Below are positions 60,092-64,000 of a stretch of 64,000 nucleotides of DNA, piece by piece. A program made the position numbers and the translations under genes. The notes under the pieces were generated by a model that did no database searches, was not told the origin of the DNA, and saw only the letters and a program-made list of their open reading frames with translations. The DNA comes from Spirochaetia bacterium (GTDB taxonomy: Bacteria > Spirochaetota > Spirochaetia > UBA9216). How positions within the stretch are numbered: the stretch's first letter is position 1; each line of letters opens with the position of its first letter. The stretch spans positions 4,544,001 through 4,608,000 of the forward strand of contig OY776510.1 of assembly GCA_963675665.1 (NCBI GenBank), written 5' to 3'.

Positions 60092-61711
60092 TCATTTTGA
60101 TTTTCGTAAAAATCTCCGGACAATACTGAAAACAACGCCGCCGGATAACAACACAATCGATACAACAAGAATCAAAACGGCAAACCAGTCTCCCCATTTC
60201 GTATAAAGAGTATCTGTCTCTTCATATACCGGAACGGAATTGATCATGTATGCCTCCTGAAACGGTTCAATCATTTTCGTTATTTCACCGTCGGGTTCGA
60301 TTGTACAGGTTATGCCGGCATTTGTGCCCCTGACCATGGTTCTGCGGTTTTCCACAGCCCTGAAAACTGCCATTGCCGTATGCTGCATCTCGGCCGGTAT
60401 GGAACCGGACCAGGAATCATTAGTCATATTTACAAGAATCTGCGCGCCTTCGTTTATAAATTCACGCGAAAGATAACCGAACACATCTTCAAAACATATC
60501 GGTGTACTGAACTTTACTCCTGCGGCTTCAAAAACCGTATATTCTGTTCCCTTTTCCCACCAGTGAAAATCGCGGTCCTTCAGCGCCTGATAAAACCTCG
60601 GCATTATATGCCGGTACGGAAAATGCTCGGAAAAAGGCACAAGATGGGTTTTCCGATATGTCTGTTTAAGCTCGCCGTCATAAAGCAGAACGGCATTATA
60701 GTCGACGCGCTCAGGTTCCCCGTTTTCATTCGGCTCAAGCTGTCCGTCGTCGTTGCCCATTACATACGGAATTTCCTGAGTGGCAAAAAACTCTTTTAAC
60801 TCTTTAACAAGCCGGTACCTTTCAGGATCCGTCCTGTAGCGGGTATGCCAGTCTATACCGGGTACGAAACATGTTTCAGACCAGATCATCATCTCGATAT
60901 CGGGGTCCTCTTCAAGAGCCTGCAGGCTGAGATCAATCAGCTTGTTTTTATTGCTTTCGAACTGCCTTGTGCCGCCTTTCCAGCTGTCGGCATTGTGCTG
61001 AACAAATCCCAGCTTGATATGAGGCGAGTCCGAAAAATCAGACGGAGCTGAAAAACCGAAGATCAGAACAGCAATAAAAACCGCTGCGTAAATATAAAGA
61101 AACAGGCGGTTCTTTTTCACAAACGGTTTAAACCCCGACAGGCCGTTTTTAAGTGCGTTACCGAGAAAGGCCGATGGCAGCACGACCATAAGCGACACAA
61201 ACCAGAACCCGAAAACCGATGATATCTGTATAAACGGCAGGAAAAGATATTGGGAATATCCCAGATTGCCATACGGATAGCCCAGAAACCCCTTTGTCTT
61301 GAGAAATTCATATGACAGCCAGAGGCCGGCTTGAAGAAGAAATCCATAACGGGGGAAAAGCCTGTCCGCAAGTTTCAACAAAGGAACAAGGACAAGAAAG
61401 TATGAAGCGTATATTACATATACTATAACGCCTGCAAGGGGGTGAAAAGCCTCCAGCCAGTAATTAAAAAGAACGTAGCAGACGTAGCCGTATGTAACAC
61501 CGTATATAAACGACCGCACCCACCCGCAACGATGCAGAACTATAAAAAGCGGAACAATACAGATAAACGCGAGAGGGAAAATTCCCCAGAGGCTTATCAC
61601 GCTTGGAAAAGAAAGGGCAAATAATACCGCGGACAGGGCAAGCAGACCAATTTCAATGAATATCTGCCTGAATCCGGTGCTTTTTCGCACAGTTAATACT
61701 TTTTCATTCAT
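60092..61711 (-). CDS. lnt: Apolipoprotein N-acyltransferase
   Basis: TM helices, GYPYG.LGYSQ, WSET, YRK.HLVPF.E, ICFE, TND.W, RAVENR. Confidence 0.94.
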   Translation of the reverse strand: MNEKVLTVRKSTGFRQIFIEIGLLALSAVLFALSFPSVISLWGIFPLAFICIVPLFIVLHRCGWVRSFIYGVTYGYVCYVLFNYWLEAFHPLAGVIVYVIYASYFLVLVPLLKLADRLFPRYGFLLQAGLWLSYEFLKTKGFLGYPYGNLGYSQYLFLPFIQISSVFGFWFVSLMVVLPSAFLGNALKNGLSGFKPFVKKNRLFLYIYAAVFIAVLIFGFSAPSDFSDSPHIKLGFVQHNADSWKGGTRQFESNKNKLIDLSLQALEEDPDIEMMIWSETCFVPGIDWHTRYRTDPERYRLVKELKEFFATQEIPYVMGNDDGQLEPNENGEPERVDYNAVLLYDGELKQTYRKTHLVPFSEHFPYRHIMPRFYQALKDRDFHWWEKGTEYTVFEAAGVKFSTPICFEDVFGYLSREFINEGAQILVNMTNDSWSGSIPAEMQHTAMAVFRAVENRRTMVRGTNAGITCTIEPDGEITKMIEPFQEAYMINSVPVYEETDTLYTKWGDWFAVLILVVSIVLLSGGVVFSIVRRFLRKSK

Positions 61712-62009
61712 CCCGAAGCGGCCACGCGAGTGTTTTCAGTTCTTTCCCGGGTCTGAAGACGGCAACTCCATGCGCTTTTACAGGTACTATTTCGCCTGTT
61801 TTTGGATTACGCGCCTTTTCTCTGCCCTTTCGGGTACGAATTTCAAAAGTTCCGAAACCGCGGAGTTCAACAACCTTGTCATCCTCGAGAGCTGCCTTTA
61901 ATTCTTCGAACAGCTCATCGATTACAGCGTGAACATCTTTTCTATTCAGATCTACACGTTCATGAATATTTTCAATTATTTCGGCTTTTGTGAGTTTATC
62001 CTGGCTCAC
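61704..62009 (-). CDS. HU/IHF-family DNA-binding protein (Hbb-like)
   Basis: LTKAEI, VELRGFGTF..R.RK.R..ARNPKTGE...V......F.PGKELK; GTG 62009 preferred for RBS spacing. Confidence 0.93.
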   Translation of the reverse strand: MSQDKLTKAEIIENIHERVDLNRKDVHAVIDELFEELKAALEDDKVVELRGFGTFEIRTRKGREKARNPKTGEIVPVKAHGVAVFRPGKELKTLAWPLRDE

Positions 62010-62039
62010 AAGCAATCCCCTATTTTTTTGTCTTTAAAT

Positions 62040-62315
62040 TTAAACCTGTTCGACAGAAAGCGAATTCAGAAGTTTATTCATTCTGGATTTCTTTCTGGCT
62101 ACGGTATTTTTATGATATACACCCTTACCTGATGCTGTATCCATTAACTTGGTCATTTCTTTAAACTTCACTTCTGCTGCAGCCTTGTCGCCTGTTTTTA
62201 CAGCAGTCATGAAACTTTTCGTTACTGTTTTAACCCTGCTCTTGGCAATCCTGTTTCGGATGCGTCTTTTTTCACTCTGTTTATGGCGTTTAGCCGCGGA
62301 ATCTTTGCCTGGCAA
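62040..62315 (-). CDS. rpsT: 30S ribosomal protein S20
   Basis: SAAKR..QSEKRR.RNR..KS..KT, D.A..KGV.HKN..ARKKSR. Confidence 0.96.
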   Translation of the reverse strand: MPGKDSAAKRHKQSEKRRIRNRIAKSRVKTVTKSFMTAVKTGDKAAAEVKFKEMTKLMDTASGKGVYHKNTVARKKSRMNKLLNSLSVEQV

Positions 62316-62577
62316 TTTCGTCCTCCGGAAATTTCTATTAGTTTGGGGAATTTAAAAAATATGCAATTCTTAAATTCCGGCCCTGAATGTAATTAAGCAT
62401 CATCAGCAAATTGCAATATTCTCAATACTATTGCTGAAAACACTCCAGAGTTTTATTTAAAACTCAACGGTGAGATAAATTAACAGATAATTCCTTTATA
62501 GTCAAGCATATGTTTGAAGCTTGAAAAGAGCGCCGCGAATCGTTAATATACTATAGTTTTTCAAAGGATTAGATATT

Positions 62578-63369
62578 TTGAACAAGATTACACTTGCAAT
62601 ATTAACACTCTCCGTATTCATATACTGGGATTTTCTGATCAGAATCAGATATATTTTCAGCAGAAAATCAATTGAAAAATGGGTTGACACGCAATTTCAC
62701 AGAATCTGTGATCTGCTTTTCAGTTTTACAGCGTTTTTTGTTAATGTCCATATTCATTTTGAACGGTCTGAAAAACTCGAACTGCCTGAAACATTCATGC
62801 TGATTGCCAATCATCAGAGCATTCAGGACATTCCCCTGCTGATATGGTCGTTTCCTAAACACAATCTTCGTTTTTCCGCAAAAGACAGTCTTTTCAAATG
62901 GGTACCCATGGTATCCATAATGCTGAGGCTGCAACAGCACGGCCGTATAAACCGAAGAGGAAGCGCAGCTGAAACCATGAAGACGCTTGAACGGGTCGCA
63001 CTTAAAACAAAAGACGGTTATTGCCCGGTGGTTTTCCCGGAAGGAACCAGATCGCGAAACGGAAAAATCGGAACTTTTCACCATGGAGCCGTCAGAAAAA
63101 TGCTCAGTTCCAACCCTGTTCCCGTTGTCAGCGCTGCAATAGAAGGCGGATGGAGGGTCGGAGACATAGAAGGCCTCGTCAGGAACATGTCGGGATTTAA
63201 CTATCACGTAAAACTGATCGAAGTATTTGAACCGCCTTCTTCAAAACAGGAAATCCAACATATTATCGAAAAATCTGCGGAAGATATAAAAAACCAGGTT
63301 TATAAATGGCAGGAAGATGAAAGAAACAACCCTAAAAAAGAAAAAGGCCGCCATATAAAACCATTTTGA
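62578..63369 (+). CDS. Lysophospholipid acyltransferase (PlsC family)
   Basis: ANHQS..D, F.AK..L, VFPEGTRS. Confidence 0.9.
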   Translation: MNKITLAILTLSVFIYWDFLIRIRYIFSRKSIEKWVDTQFHRICDLLFSFTAFFVNVHIHFERSEKLELPETFMLIANHQSIQDIPLLIWSFPKHNLRFSAKDSLFKWVPMVSIMLRLQQHGRINRRGSAAETMKTLERVALKTKDGYCPVVFPEGTRSRNGKIGTFHHGAVRKMLSSNPVPVVSAAIEGGWRVGDIEGLVRNMSGFNYHVKLIEVFEPPSSKQEIQHIIEKSAEDIKNQVYKWQEDERNNPKKEKGRHIKPF

Positions 63370-63433
63370 TTCCGGCAGCCTTTCCTCGAAGGAAAAAAAT
63401 CTGATTATACCGGGCAGAAACATGCCTGGTATT

Positions 63434-63442
63434 TGTTATAAT
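63434..63442 (+). promoter_or_regulatory. Extended -10 element directly upstream of the tandem array
   Basis: TGtTATAAT at 63434-63442; the array begins at 63449. Confidence 0.45.
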
Positions 63443-63448
63443 GCTAAA

Positions 63449-63655
63449 GACTTCTCCCAAGCATTCTTATGCTTAAGCGTCGAAGTCGAAGACTTCTCCC
63501 AAGCATTCTTATGCTTACGCGTCGAAGTCGAAGACTTCTCCCAAGCATTCTTATGCTTACGCGTCGAAGTCGAAGACTTCTCCCAAGCATTCTTATGCTT
63601 ACGCGTCGAAGTCGAAGACTTCTCCCAAGCATTCTTATGCTTATGCGTCGAAGTC
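63449..63655. repeat. Tandem array, 5 x 42 bp, each unit a nested hairpin
   Basis: Units start at 63449, 63491, 63533, 63575 and 63617 (last is 39 bp): GACTTCTCCCAAGCATTCTTATGCTTA(A/C/T)GCGTCGAAGTCGAA. Confidence 0.95.
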
Positions 63656-63817
63656 TTTGGGTCTTCTTTCTCTTCTGCTGCACTTTTCACATACTGCAAC
63701 ATTTCTCAATTTACCGTTCTGGAAAATAGCTCTCATCTTGACGTCTCCGCCACATGAGGAACATACATGTTTATGTGCAGCTGAGCCCATTCGCGCATTC
63801 TTACTTACCTGTGCCAT
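63641..63817 (-). CDS. 58-aa zinc-ribbon protein (absent from the ORF track)
   Basis: Translated by hand: MAQVSKNARMGSAAHKHVCSSCGGDVKMRAIFQNGKLRNVAVCEKCSRRERRPKDFDA*; AAGGAG RBS 6 nt upstream; two CxxC motifs. Confidence 0.8.
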   Translation of the reverse strand: MAQVSKNARMGSAAHKHVCSSCGGDVKMRAIFQNGKLRNVAVCEKCSRRERRPKDFDA

Positions 63818-63919
63818 AAAAAGCTCCTTTATATGGATTTCTGATTATTCCCGTGATGGGTAATTTAACAAAGATTCTTCTAAAAGTCAATTGATACAAA
63901 AACAGCAGAACAATCGCTA

Positions 63920-64000
63920 TTAATCCTCAAGCTCTCCTTCAAATTTCCATGCCGAACCGTCATTCTCCCTGAAAAATCTGTCGGCTTCTGCTTCAATCTT
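63920..64000 (-). CDS. 3' end of a gene starting beyond the window
   Basis: Open frame KIEAEADRFFRENDGSAWKFEGELED*, stop at 63920-63922. Confidence 0.5.
   Translation of the reverse strand, partial: KIEAEADRFFRENDGSAWKFEGELED

Noticed and set aside
63449-63655. CRISPR array
   Set aside because: The units are contiguous with no unique spacers, and no cas genes are in the window
63422-63757. Repeat-peptide ORFs (FSQAFLCLRVEVED; KHKNAWEKSSTSTR etc.)
   Set aside because: A 42-bp period keeps several frames open by default; they have no good RBS, and the 63817-63641 gene explains the coding signal

Overview
Bacterial chromosomal window, most likely from a spirochaete (Spirochaetaceae-like). That call is inferred from spirochaetal lipoboxes and the surE/rpmE-rho-bactofilin-lnt-HU(hbb)-rpsT block with a BB0236/FlcD-like TPR-NHL gene. 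The housekeeping backbone carries ppk2, gltX, alaA, a uridine kinase, clpS-clpA-aat, an OadA/PycB-like gene, pckG, surE, galK, rpmE, rho, lnt, HU and rpsT. An accessory stretch (~15-39.4 kb) holds a sucrose-phosphate synthase/phosphatase fusion divergent from a GH32 gene with a G16 tract at its RBS, two large LVIVD-propeller lipoproteins, a YtrA-type GntR/ABC operon with a duplicated triple-hairpin leader, a ZU5(HFS)-Kelch lipoprotein split by a complete IS66 (19-bp IRs, 8-bp TSD), an ankyrin gene between degenerate direct repeats, and a Flavo-1-like RNA. Near the right end, an unlisted 58-aa zinc-ribbon gene has its 3' end amplified into a 5 x 42-bp hairpin array, which begins right after a perfect extended -10 element on the opposite strand. 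No CRISPR array, rRNA or tRNA was recognised. All family assignments come from motif recognition by eye; no database search was run.
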